Shown in pieces: positions 47,078 through 56,917 of a stretch of DNA of 64,000 nt. Under the pieces are notes generated by a model, which was not told where the DNA came from, did no database searches, and saw nothing but the letters and a program-made list of their open reading frames with translations. Positions within the stretch are counted from its first letter, which is position 1; each line of letters starts with the position of its first letter. The position numbers and the translations under genes were made by a program. Source of the DNA: an uncultured Sangeribacter sp. Its GTDB lineage: Bacteria; Bacteroidota; Bacteroidia; Bacteroidales; Muribaculaceae. The DNA is taken from assembly GCA_964512705.1 (NCBI GenBank), contig CAZEJY010000006.1, forward strand, positions 8,613 to 72,612, read 5' to 3'.

Positions 47078-47472
47078 TGGCAGATAACAGGAAACCCAAA
47101 AGCCGTGGAGATGAGAACCGCCTGTGGGGTAAAGAGGCAGAAAAGATAGCTGTCGATTACCTCATAGGACAAGGTTACGTGATCCGCGAAACAAATTGGC
47201 GTCACGGAAATCATATCGAAATTGATATCATAGCCCAGGAGGGAAATACGATCATCTTTGTGGAGGTAAAAGCCCGCAAAGGTGATTTTACAACTCCTGA
47301 AGAAGCTGTAAATGAAGCAAAGATGAAGAAAATTATTAAAGGTGGTGATATCTACCTGAATACTTTAAAACATCTTTTCTCCTATCGCTTAGATGTCATC
47401 ACCATCGTCGGCACACCTGACAATTACACCCTGAATCATCTTCCGGATGCCTATCTACCTCCGCTGACATAG
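47077..47472 (+). CDS. YraN family (UPF0102) nuclease-fold protein
   Basis: GKEAEKIA, NWR, EIDIIA, FVEVKAR, RLDV. Confidence 0.9.
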   Translation: MADNRKPKSRGDENRLWGKEAEKIAVDYLIGQGYVIRETNWRHGNHIEIDIIAQEGNTIIFVEVKARKGDFTTPEEAVNEAKMKKIIKGGDIYLNTLKHLFSYRLDVITIVGTPDNYTLNHLPDAYLPPLT

Positions 47473-47515
47473 GCTTCGCAATTCAAGCAATATTGTTAAA
47501 GTTCAGGATTGAAGA

Positions 47516-48286
47516 CTATAATCTTGAACGGAAACAGGATAAGACAACTGCTGTTGCAATGGCTACATTCAGCGACTCTGAATGGTTATCCGGATGATAT
47601 GGAGGGATGAATAGCTTACGCGTGGCCAAAGATTTCATTTGTGCTGAAATACCTTTCCCTTCGTTACCCATCAGAATAATACCTCCGCATGTAAGTTCTG
47701 CTTTATAGATATCCTCCCCTTCCAAGAAAGTGCCATAAACAGGTATGTGGGGATTATCTTGTATTATTTCTGAAAGACTTGCCGATATAACCTCAACTCG
47801 TCCAAGCGAACCCATGGTTGCTTGCACTGTCTTGGGGTTATATATGTCTACCGAATCCTTGGATGTAAAAATCTTCTCCACTCCAAACCAATGTGCTGTC
47901 CGGATGATAGTACCCATATTCCCGGGATCTTGCACACCATCCAACATGAGGTATAACTTTTTCGGATCAAGTGATTTCTTGCCGTTCCTGTATTCCGGTA
48001 ATCGGAAAACAGCCATTACATCAGATGGTGTAGAAAGAGAGGACAACTTTTTCATAGTTGCCTCTGAGACATTATAAACCTTTTCTGATACGTCTGGATC
48101 TGATAAATTGAATGGACTGTACTCTAATTCCTCTTTGTTGAGAAGAATCAATGCCTCGAGTTGAAAGAATGGGAGCAGATCCTCCACAGACTTTCTGCCC
48201 TCAACGGTAAATAATCCGTACTTCCTCCTCATCTTGACTTGACCAAGAGATGAATATATTCCGATTTTATTCTTAGAGAGCTCCAT
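47516..48286 (-). CDS. TrmH/SpoU family RNA methyltransferase
   Basis: QDPGNMGTIIRTA, GNEGKG, ESLNVAIA. Likely start MELSKN at 48286. Confidence 0.92.
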   Translation of the reverse strand: MELSKNKIGIYSSLGQVKMRRKYGLFTVEGRKSVEDLLPFFQLEALILLNKEELEYSPFNLSDPDVSEKVYNVSEATMKKLSSLSTPSDVMAVFRLPEYRNGKKSLDPKKLYLMLDGVQDPGNMGTIIRTAHWFGVEKIFTSKDSVDIYNPKTVQATMGSLGRVEVISASLSEIIQDNPHIPVYGTFLEGEDIYKAELTCGGIILMGNEGKGISAQMKSLATRKLFIPPYHPDNHSESLNVAIATAVVLSCFRSRL

Positions 48287-48400
48287 TTGACCGAAAGTGT
48301 AAATATATCTTCGTTGAATTCTTTGTAAAATTAATAAGATTGAGCGATTTTTTATTAATTTTGGATGTAAAATATAATTTAGAAAACATACTTGATATTC

Positions 48401-49243
48401 ATGAAATATATAGGTGCACATGTAAGTATAAGCGGAGGCGTTTCAAACGCTCCACTCGAAGCTGCTGCCATTGGGGCAAAAGCGTTTGCACTTTTCACCG
48501 GGTCATCTGCCAGATGGGTGTCAAAAGCAATTTCTGAAAAGGAAGCTGAACTCTTCAAATCAAACTGTGAGGCCAATAACTTCTCAGCTGCACAAATTCT
48601 GCCTCATGATAATTTCCTTATTAACCTTGGTAGTCCGGAAGAAGAGAAGTTGATTAAATCCCGCAAATCTTTTCTTGATGAGATGAAACGTTGTGAACAG
48701 CTTGGACTAACCATGCTCAATTTTCATCCCGGAAGCCATCTGAATCAGATTGACACTGAAGCTTGCCTTGACCTGATTGCAGAAAGTATCAACATGACAC
48801 TTGACAAGACAAAAGGCGTCAAAGCCGTTATTGAATGCACTGCCGGACAAGGATCGAATCTTGGGCATGAATTCTCCCAGATTGCCCACATCATCGATAA
48901 AGTTGAGGATAAATCACGCGTAGGAGTCTGTGTAGATACTTGCCATGCCTACTCTGCAGGTTATGATCTTCGTTCCGAAGAGGGTTATCGCAAAACTTGG
49001 GAGGAGTTCGACAACGTAATCGGCAAAGACTACTTGTGTGCCCTTCATCTCAATGATGACAAGAGGGAATGCGGCTCACATATAGACCGCCATGAGAGTA
49101 TCGGAAAAGGTACTCTCGGGGAGGAATTTTTCATTCGACTTGTCAATGATCCCCGTTTCGACAACATGCCTTTGATTCTTGAGACTCCGGTTGAAACAAT
49201 CTGGGCGGAAGAAATAGCATGGTTATACTCTAAAATTAAGTAG
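48401..49243 (+). CDS. nfo: Endonuclease IV
   Basis: IGAHVS, HDNFLINLGS, NFHPGS, DTCH, HLND, DRHE, LETP. Confidence 0.95.
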   Translation: MKYIGAHVSISGGVSNAPLEAAAIGAKAFALFTGSSARWVSKAISEKEAELFKSNCEANNFSAAQILPHDNFLINLGSPEEEKLIKSRKSFLDEMKRCEQLGLTMLNFHPGSHLNQIDTEACLDLIAESINMTLDKTKGVKAVIECTAGQGSNLGHEFSQIAHIIDKVEDKSRVGVCVDTCHAYSAGYDLRSEEGYRKTWEEFDNVIGKDYLCALHLNDDKRECGSHIDRHESIGKGTLGEEFFIRLVNDPRFDNMPLILETPVETIWAEEIAWLYSKIK

Positions 49244-49353
49244 TTCGCTCAACTATTTTACTCTTTATTCATTTATATAGTATAACCTTAAAACCTCAAC
49301 TCTCTCCAAAATAACTAAACTTAAAACCAGACAACATAAAAAATTTATATATC

Positions 49354-50976
49354 GTGAAAACCAAACCTGATTTAAGTTTCTGGAAACTATGGAATCTGTC
49401 ATTCGGATTCTTTGGCGTTCAAATTGCCTATGCGCTCCAGAGTGCAAACGTTTCCCGCATCTTCACCACCATTGGTGCAGATCCGCATGATTTGAGTTAT
49501 TTCTGGATCCTCCCGCCGCTAATGGGTTTGATCGTTCAACCCATAGTCGGAATGATGTCTGATAAAACATGGACACGCTTCGGACGCCGTCTCCCCTATC
49601 TGATTGTGGGCGCCCTGATTGCGGTAGTGGTAATGTGTCTATTGCCTAACTCAGGTAGTTTCCAATTCTCTGTAAAGAGTGCAATCCTGTTTGGTTTAGT
49701 CGCACTGATGGTTCTCGACACTTCAATCAATATGGCTATGCAACCATTCAAGATGCTTGTAGGTGACATGGTCAATGAGAAACAGAAAGGTCTCGCCTAT
49801 TCCATTCAAAGCTTCCTTTGCAATGCCGGCTCAATCGTTGGATATATTTTCCCTTTCCTGCTTATGTGGTGCGGCATCAAGAACATTGCACCTGCCGGAG
49901 TTGTTCCGGACACAGTCATCTGGTCATTCTATCTTGGAGCAGCCATTCTTCTTATCTGTGTTATCTATTCTCTTATAAAGGTTAAGGAATGGCCACCGAA
50001 AGAGTATAATGAATTCAATGGCGTAAGCGACACCAAGGAGAAGGGCGAAACAAATGTATTTAAGCTTCTGAAGAATGCTCCATCCACATTCTGGACAGTA
50101 GGTGTGGTGCAGTTCTTCTGCTGGTTTGCGTTCCTCTTTCTTTGGACCTATTCCACTAACACCGTTGCAAGCAACGCTTTCCACACACCAACCATTCAAA
50201 CTGTCTCGGGTGTGAATATCAATGGTGAAGATTATTCAGGAAATTATCTGATCGCCAACGGAGACATCATTATCCTTAATCATGGAAAAGTTGAGAACAA
50301 TTTCCTCGAAACAAATAAAGAAGCGTTCACTTTGACCAGTGCCGATATTGTAGCCAAGGGAGCAGATGGCAAGTTGGATGTAAGCGATTCTGAAACATGG
50401 AATATTCCGGCAAATTACACGGCTGAATACAATAAAACAACTGTGCTTGATGCTGCTTCAACCCAATACAATGAGGCTGGAAACTGGGTAGGACTTCTTT
50501 ATGCAGTGCAAGCTGTCGGTTCAGTGCTTTGGGCAATGGCTCTACCTCGATTCAGGAGTAGAAAATTCTCATATACCCTCTCACTTCTTCTCGGAGCAGC
50601 CGGCTTTGCCATGACTGCGTTCCTTACTAATAAGTGGATACTGTTTGTAGCCTATGTTCTGATTGGCTGCGCATGGTCCGCAATGCTTGCTTGGCCATTC
50701 ACCATTCTTACCAATTCATTAAAGAAAGGAAACATTGGTGCATACCTCGGACTGTTCAACTGCACCATCTGCATTCCTCAGATCGTTGCAGCACTTGCAG
50801 GAGGATGGATTCTTTCAGCTCTTCACACCCCGGACGCACAGGCACCGGAATACCTGATGATGGTTGTCGCAGCTGTTTCATTGCTCTTTGGAGCATTCTC
50901 CGTAATTTTCATCAAGGAGAATACCAAAACAGAAACACCCCCACAAGAAAACCCCGTCATCAGCGAAAACCTATAG
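49354..50976 (+). CDS. MFS sugar transporter (SLC45/MalT-like)
   Basis: WNLSFGFFGVQ, SDKTWTRFGRRLPY, LGLFNCTICIPQ; GTG start. Confidence 0.85.
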   Translation: MKTKPDLSFWKLWNLSFGFFGVQIAYALQSANVSRIFTTIGADPHDLSYFWILPPLMGLIVQPIVGMMSDKTWTRFGRRLPYLIVGALIAVVVMCLLPNSGSFQFSVKSAILFGLVALMVLDTSINMAMQPFKMLVGDMVNEKQKGLAYSIQSFLCNAGSIVGYIFPFLLMWCGIKNIAPAGVVPDTVIWSFYLGAAILLICVIYSLIKVKEWPPKEYNEFNGVSDTKEKGETNVFKLLKNAPSTFWTVGVVQFFCWFAFLFLWTYSTNTVASNAFHTPTIQTVSGVNINGEDYSGNYLIANGDIIILNHGKVENNFLETNKEAFTLTSADIVAKGADGKLDVSDSETWNIPANYTAEYNKTTVLDAASTQYNEAGNWVGLLYAVQAVGSVLWAMALPRFRSRKFSYTLSLLLGAAGFAMTAFLTNKWILFVAYVLIGCAWSAMLAWPFTILTNSLKKGNIGAYLGLFNCTICIPQIVAALAGGWILSALHTPDAQAPEYLMMVVAAVSLLFGAFSVIFIKENTKTETPPQENPVISENL

Positions 50977-51000
50977 TTTGAGTCATATTAAGTATCTAAT

Positions 51001-51040
51001 AAAAACTATGCTAAACCTCCTGAGTTTTAGCATAGTTTTT
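51001..51040. terminator. Bidirectional-type terminator
   Basis: aaaaactatgctaaa / tttagcatagttttt. Confidence 0.75.
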
Positions 51041-51103
51041 ATTGTGAAGTCACAGATATGGTAAAGATGATTTATTAACATAATCATTTTTTTTATTTTC
51101 TGC

Positions 51104-51130
51104 TGTTACGTTTGCGCTTCTCAATCGTAT
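51104..51130 (+). promoter_or_regulatory. Possible ECF-type autoregulatory promoter
   Basis: TGTTAC-N16-CGTAT just upstream of the ECF sigma gene; resembles common ECF -35/-10 elements. Confidence 0.4.
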
Positions 51131-51145
51131 TAATAGTAGGACACA

Positions 51146-51625
51146 ATGAAAAAGGACGTACTGACATCATCATTCCTTGACATTCGGAGCAAAATGCACC
51201 GGATTGCAATGAGGCTTCTTCACAACGACGAGGATGCCAAGGATGCTATTCAGGACACATTCGAAAAGTTGTGGTCTAAAATTGAAATTAAATCCGATGA
51301 AGAGGCTCGCTACAAATTGGTTCATATTCTCCACAATACCTGCATTGACCGTCTCAGAGGTAAGCATACTATTCAAATGGATCTATCAGAGATGGAGAAG
51401 GCAGGAACTTACGAAATGCAAACAGAAAATATTGCTGAGTATGAGCAATTGATTTTAATTGGTTTGACCGACTTACAGAGAAAGATATACATTTTGGTCA
51501 CCCACGATTGTCTCGAATATGAGGAAGTAGCTACTCAGCTTAATATGACTGTGGAGTCAGTGAGAATGAATATGAGTCGTGCCCGGAGAAAGATTTCTGA
51601 CAACATCAAAAAGATTGACCGATGA
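51146..51625 (+). CDS. ECF RNA polymerase sigma factor
   Basis: Region 2 DAKDAIQDTFEKLW / NTCIDRLR; region 4 YEEVATQLNM...VRMNMSRAR. Confidence 0.9.
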   Translation: MKKDVLTSSFLDIRSKMHRIAMRLLHNDEDAKDAIQDTFEKLWSKIEIKSDEEARYKLVHILHNTCIDRLRGKHTIQMDLSEMEKAGTYEMQTENIAEYEQLILIGLTDLQRKIYILVTHDCLEYEEVATQLNMTVESVRMNMSRARRKISDNIKKIDR

Positions 51626-52113
51626 AAACCGATGAATTAAACTTGAATATAGATGAACTGGACAAACTTTGCTGTCTCTATATGGACTGCCAACTCTCCG
51701 TCTTGGAAGAGAAAGAACTTGAATACATTCTTTCCCGGACAGCCGTGACTTCCCCATTGATTGAGGAGGTTAGAGGTCTTATAGGAATTCAGAAATTGAA
51801 GCCTACCTTATCAAACCCAATTATAAGAAACAAGTATATTAATTGGCGGATCCCGACTGGTATTGCTGCGAGCATTGCCATGATACTATGCGTCGGTTTT
51901 GCATTTCTCAAGTTCGGTAATTCCATATCCTCAGTTTCTAATGATTACATAGCTTATGTAAATGGTCAGGAGATCAGGGGTGACGTTGCAAAAGCCCGGA
52001 TTGAGTCTGAGACACGTAAAGCCGAAGATTTCATAAACAGAATGGCGAAATTAGAAAAAGAGGAACAAAACAAGATTGAGCAATTCATGAACCATCAAAA
52101 AGATATAAAATGA
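51622..52113 (+). CDS. Putative anti-sigma factor
   Basis: YMDCQLSVLEEKEL N-terminal motif, one TM (GIAASIAMIL), overlaps the sigma stop. Confidence 0.75.
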   Translation: MKTDELNLNIDELDKLCCLYMDCQLSVLEEKELEYILSRTAVTSPLIEEVRGLIGIQKLKPTLSNPIIRNKYINWRIPTGIAASIAMILCVGFAFLKFGNSISSVSNDYIAYVNGQEIRGDVAKARIESETRKAEDFINRMAKLEKEEQNKIEQFMNHQKDIK

Positions 52114-52493
52114 GACGATTAGTAACCTTTATAGCAATAGCACTCCTATCGGTAGTTGCATACGCAAAAGCCCCAAATTTGGCTGCGGAGAAACTTTTTG
52201 ATGGTCGGTATAACAAAACTACCGGTGTTACCTCACACGTATATATAAATAATGGGACATATTATCGAAGCCTAACTATTGAGAACAATCCGAAAGTTCT
52301 CAAAGCTATCCTCGAAACCATGAAAGCCGATACTCAGAAAGCGTCCCATTATTCTGATCATCAGGACAAAGAAGGACAATACACTTCAATCCAAGTAAGG
52401 AATAATGGAGAAACCATTTTCATAGGACTCCAACGGGATAATAAAGGTGGAGGGTACTTCTTTATCCAAGGAAAAGAATCTGCGTTTAAATAA
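52110..52493 (+). CDS. Small secreted hypothetical protein
   Basis: Signal peptide; coupled to the anti-sigma gene. Confidence 0.7.
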   Translation: MRRLVTFIAIALLSVVAYAKAPNLAAEKLFDGRYNKTTGVTSHVYINNGTYYRSLTIENNPKVLKAILETMKADTQKASHYSDHQDKEGQYTSIQVRNNGETIFIGLQRDNKGGGYFFIQGKESAFK

Positions 52494-52510
52494 CTTTTAA
52501 TCACTTCTTT

Positions 52511-54655
52511 ATGAAAATTATCCAGAAGCTGCTCTTAGGAGCGGCCATACTCCCTGCATCCCTATACGCACAGGAAGCCAACGACTCGGTGGCTGATTCT
52601 TGGGAGAAAGAGCTTGAACTCAACGAAGTTGTCGTCGTGGCAAAACGCCCTGTGGTAAAGCAACAGGAGGGTAAACTCGTCTATCTTGTAAAGAACGACC
52701 CCTATGCCAAAGGTCTTGACGGTGCCAGTCTACTTGACCGCATACCCCGCGTTTCTGTAAACAACGGATCTGTAAGTGTAGCCGGTAAAGGACGCATCCG
52801 TTATATCATAGACGGGGTATTAATGGAACTTGATGACTCATCAATGTCGATGCGGTTGCAAAATCTCCGAGCGGAGGATATTGAGAAAATAGAGCTCCTT
52901 TCGACACCCCCTTCTCGTTATGCCGTGGAATCTAATGCGGTGTATATTTCCATCACAACGCGCAACGAGACTCTTGGAACACGCGGTAATATCTATGAGT
53001 CACTTAATCAAGGGAACAAACTTCGTGAATATTTCAGTGGAAGTATCAGTCATACAACCCGTAAAGTTGACCTTTCGCTCGATGCGAGTATGTCTAATTA
53101 CTATAATACCAACGACAACTATATTGAATATTCGTTTACAAATGGATCTTCTCGTGTATCTTCATCAAATACCCGGTCGCATCTCTTTGATGCGGGATTC
53201 AATGGTATGTTCCGCTACAAGTTTACACAGAATATGAATTTAGGTATCATTGCGAACTATAATTATGAGACTATATCAAGCAATGGAACCAACCTTACCC
53301 ATTATGGAGGTTATTCCTCATCATCCCAATCTCTTACTCAATCTCGTCCCAATAACTCCCTTACACTTACCGGCTTTTACGACTGGACTTTCGGAAACAA
53401 GGGAGAGTCAATGCAACTGACATATAATCACTTCAACCGGCATAGTCCTACCTCTTCTGACATTACGACATCATATAATGATGGCACTGCTGATTATAGC
53501 ATTGTTGAGAATGGAAAAACCGATTACCGTTTTAATAGTGGAAAAGCTGACTTCAAACTTCCCTATGCTTGGGCTCAGTTGGAAGCCGGTGTAGCCTATA
53601 CCAATATCCTCAATTCCTCCGATAACTCTCTGAAACGTAAATCCGGTAATTCTTCTGCATCGGGAAGTGAATCAAATATATTTGACTATACAGAGCGCAT
53701 AGCCGCAGCATATATCACAGCATCACGCAATCTTGGCTTAGGCTTCTGGAGTAAAGTCGGGTTGAGATATGAATACACCTGGACTAAGGGTGAACAAAAA
53801 AACAATTCTCAAATTGGCCGGGATAATTATGGTCATCTCTTCCCTTCAGTCAATCTGTCTTGGAATAAAGACCGCATAGGATCATTCAATATCACTTATT
53901 CTATGGGAATAAGTCGTCCAAATCTTTGGGAACTGAATCCTTTCAAATATTATTCCACCACAGATGAATATGCCGTTGGCAATCCGGCTCTTAAACCAAC
54001 CATCTACAACAACGCTGAAATCAATTACTATGGGCTCGGAGGATTGTATGCGGTTCTATATTCTTCATTTGCTTCAGACGCAATCGGCTACGTCAGAAGA
54101 ATAGATGTAGAAGGTGTAATCAGTACCATACCGTATAATTGCCTCGCTACAAATAAGACAGGTCTGTATGCCAATTATAGGCGAACTTTTTTTGGTCGAT
54201 GGGAAATGAAAGTCGGTGGTGAGGTTTACCGCTCATACTCAAAAAGTGATATTCCGGATTTCAAGTTCAAAAACATGGAAGATTGGTCAGGCAAACTTGA
54301 GCTATCAACTAACGTAATGCTCAATCGGCAGAAAACGTTAATCTTCGGTGCACAGTTTACTCATTTCTTCCCTTATCAACAGAATCTCATAAATTATGAG
54401 TCTTTCCAACTTTTCAGCCTCTCGCTAAGATATTCATTGCTCAACAATCGTCTTAATCTGCAACTTAAGGCTAACGACATTTTCGGATGGAACAAGACCC
54501 GCTCAAAAGAGAACTACGCAGACTATACCATACGTCATACGTTCAACGCGCATTCATCCTACTTCTTATTAGGGATAAGTTATCGTTTTGGTCGCGACAA
54601 AGTCAACGGAGTATATCGTCCTTCTAAGGAAGAACACTCCGGCAGAACAAAATAG
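52511..54655 (+). CDS. Outer membrane beta-barrel, TonB-dependent-receptor-like (OMP_b-brl_3)
   Basis: LNEVVVVAKRP, plug with IEKIELLSTPPSRY, GLRYEYT, LFPSV, RPNLWELNPF, GNPALKP, C-terminal ISYRFG. Confidence 0.85.
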   Translation: MKIIQKLLLGAAILPASLYAQEANDSVADSWEKELELNEVVVVAKRPVVKQQEGKLVYLVKNDPYAKGLDGASLLDRIPRVSVNNGSVSVAGKGRIRYIIDGVLMELDDSSMSMRLQNLRAEDIEKIELLSTPPSRYAVESNAVYISITTRNETLGTRGNIYESLNQGNKLREYFSGSISHTTRKVDLSLDASMSNYYNTNDNYIEYSFTNGSSRVSSSNTRSHLFDAGFNGMFRYKFTQNMNLGIIANYNYETISSNGTNLTHYGGYSSSSQSLTQSRPNNSLTLTGFYDWTFGNKGESMQLTYNHFNRHSPTSSDITTSYNDGTADYSIVENGKTDYRFNSGKADFKLPYAWAQLEAGVAYTNILNSSDNSLKRKSGNSSASGSESNIFDYTERIAAAYITASRNLGLGFWSKVGLRYEYTWTKGEQKNNSQIGRDNYGHLFPSVNLSWNKDRIGSFNITYSMGISRPNLWELNPFKYYSTTDEYAVGNPALKPTIYNNAEINYYGLGGLYAVLYSSFASDAIGYVRRIDVEGVISTIPYNCLATNKTGLYANYRRTFFGRWEMKVGGEVYRSYSKSDIPDFKFKNMEDWSGKLELSTNVMLNRQKTLIFGAQFTHFFPYQQNLINYESFQLFSLSLRYSLLNNRLNLQLKANDIFGWNKTRSKENYADYTIRHTFNAHSSYFLLGISYRFGRDKVNGVYRPSKEEHSGRTK

Positions 54656-54840
54656 ACTTCTAATTTTTCCTGCAAGGGAGGTCTCCCTTCTGAAAGTATG
54701 ACAATAATTTTTAGTTGGATAGAATTTTAACATTTGCCCAACCAACAATTTGGGAGGTGGGGTGTTTATATAGTATAAATAATATGAAAAACACAAACAA
54801 AAAGAGATTTAAGTATTAACCCCTTTAATTGATGAAAAAC

Positions 54841-55308
54841 ATGAAAAAGTTACTTTACCTTTTGTTATTATTGCCATTAGGCTTTCTTGCATCTTGTAGT
54901 GACGATGATGACATGCCATCTGTAGAAGTTACAGTGAATGTAGACAATGCAGTAGATGCTAACGGTCACCTTTACATCGTATCCGGTGAACCTTTAACAA
55001 TCCAAAGCATAAACGTTGAGAGCCTTAACGGCAAAGCAACAGGTATTTCCGGTGTTAATTACGTGCTTGACCACGTAGGTGTGGGTTACAACATCGTAAG
55101 CCCGTTTGGTGCTGAGATCAACCCTGCTTATCTTCCAGTAGGTAATCACCTCTTCACATTATCATTTGATGTGCTTCAGGTGGATAAATCAATTGCTTAC
55201 GCTCAGTTGTCAACTATCGTAACAGTTGTTGAAAGTGCAGCTGATCTTCCTGACGGTGCAACACCCGGAACAGTTAGTCTACACTACACTTTGAACCCCA
55301 AACAGTAA
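54841..55308 (+). CDS. Hypothetical lipoprotein
   Basis: MKKLLYLLLLLPLGFLASC lipobox followed by acidic SDDDD. Confidence 0.8.
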   Translation: MKKLLYLLLLLPLGFLASCSDDDDMPSVEVTVNVDNAVDANGHLYIVSGEPLTIQSINVESLNGKATGISGVNYVLDHVGVGYNIVSPFGAEINPAYLPVGNHLFTLSFDVLQVDKSIAYAQLSTIVTVVESAADLPDGATPGTVSLHYTLNPKQ

Positions 55309-55354
55309 GTTAGGGCTGTATAAATTCGGTGTGGATGATTCCACTCCAATTTAC

Positions 55355-55396
55355 AAATAAAACAGGCTGAAAATTTTCAGTCTGTTTTATTTTTTT
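55355..55396 (+). terminator. Rho-independent terminator
   Basis: aaataaaacaggctgaaa / tttcagtctgttttattt plus T tract. Confidence 0.75.
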
Positions 55397-55510
55397 CTTA
55401 ATCCAACATTTTCATCATTTTATCTTGTCTACTTACCAATTTTCGGACCCTGAGCAATTTTTTAGTTGTCCAAATTTTCGTAAATTTGCATTAACGAATA
55501 ACTACATTTC

Positions 55511-56812
55511 ATGAGGCGAGTCGACATTAGGAACTATACCATAGTAATTATCACCATCTGCATAATTTTATTTGTTCTAATCTGCATATTTACTCCCAAA
55601 TATAATAATTCCAACGATAATCAGAATAGATTAGCAGGAACAACTATCTGGTCAGACACCATATCCTCCACTCCTTCATCAACTGCCGCTTTGCAGGCAA
55701 TGCAAAGAGATGCAGAGAGATTCATGTCAAAATGGGAACTCAAGGGTATGCAAATATCAGTAATGCGTAATGATTCCCTTTTATATACCCGTGGTTTCGG
55801 GTATGCCGACAAAGAGGAGAATCAACCCATGAAGGCTAACTCAATTATGCGTATCGCATCCTCCTCAAAGCTCTTGACCGCTGCTGCTATTATGAAACTT
55901 GTGGAAGATGGTAAGCTCAAGCTCACTGATACGGTTTTCGGTCCGAGAGGGATCCTAAACGACAGAAGATACACCGAGGCTGTGCGCGATAAACGTCACT
56001 TCAACATAACCGTAGCTGATCTCCTGCGCCATAGCGGAGGCTTTACATTGGGGGCTGGGGACCCAATGTTTAATACCAAGGATATAATGAAGGTGAAGAA
56101 ACTCAGACGCGCCCCAACTAATCCGGAACTAATATCCATAGTGTTGGAACGTCGACTTGGTTTTACTCCCGGTGTCGGTCATAGATACTCCAACTTTGGA
56201 TATATGCTTCTCTCTCAGATAATAGAACGGAAAAGTGGACAAAATTACTGGGATTTTGTCCAACATAACCTTCTCACGCCTGCCGGAATTTCCGGACTGA
56301 GACCGGCTACCAACTATTACTCCGAGCGTTATCCGAACGAAGTAAGGTATTATCCTCCGGATGGAGAGAAGATTGAGGAGTTTAATGGCTCCGGAAGAAT
56401 GGTAGATCGTTGCTATGGTGGCACGAACATTAACGGACTTATGGGAGCAGGCGGATGGTTGGCATCCTCCGCTGACTTGGCACGCTTTGTTGCATCAATC
56501 GATGGCAACCCTCGAATTCACGATGTTCTCTCGCAAAATAGCATTCACCAGATGACTAAACCATACACTAAAGATGACAAAGAGGGAAGTTTCGGCTGGA
56601 CAAAGGTTGAGAAAGAGGGACATTGGGTACGCTCCGGAACACTCGCCTCAGCACACTCCCTTATTGAAAGATTCCCGGATGGTGAATGTTGGGTAATTAC
56701 CATGAACACAGGTGTATGGAGAGGTTTCCACTTCACTCGCGAGTTACAACGATTAATTACGACTATGCGCCAGAGATACTCGGCAGAACTACCCCGTCAG
56801 GATCTCTTTTAG
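55511..56812 (+). CDS. Serine hydrolase, beta-lactamase/PBP-like (AmpC-type fold)
   Basis: RIASSSK (SxxK), LLRHSGG, YSNFGY; N-terminal TM; TAAATTTG -7 element at 55481. Confidence 0.88.
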   Translation: MRRVDIRNYTIVIITICIILFVLICIFTPKYNNSNDNQNRLAGTTIWSDTISSTPSSTAALQAMQRDAERFMSKWELKGMQISVMRNDSLLYTRGFGYADKEENQPMKANSIMRIASSSKLLTAAAIMKLVEDGKLKLTDTVFGPRGILNDRRYTEAVRDKRHFNITVADLLRHSGGFTLGAGDPMFNTKDIMKVKKLRRAPTNPELISIVLERRLGFTPGVGHRYSNFGYMLLSQIIERKSGQNYWDFVQHNLLTPAGISGLRPATNYYSERYPNEVRYYPPDGEKIEEFNGSGRMVDRCYGGTNINGLMGAGGWLASSADLARFVASIDGNPRIHDVLSQNSIHQMTKPYTKDDKEGSFGWTKVEKEGHWVRSGTLASAHSLIERFPDGECWVITMNTGVWRGFHFTRELQRLITTMRQRYSAELPRQDLF

Positions 56813-56917
56813 ACTATAATAAGCCTTGCCTATTTGGCTTTAATATAACTCTGAGGATCCAATGAACCCCCAAGCGGATAAAGGCGTTTAATTAGTAGAT
56901 TCTAATAAACTACTAAA

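Noticed and set aside
49237-49250. TAAGTAG at the nfo stop as another element remnant
   Set aside because: Match limited to 7 bp, explained by ATT AAG TAG
55511-56812. Functional beta-lactamase resistance gene
   Set aside because: SxxK/YxN fold only; the family includes many esterases and peptidases, and activity cannot be inferred
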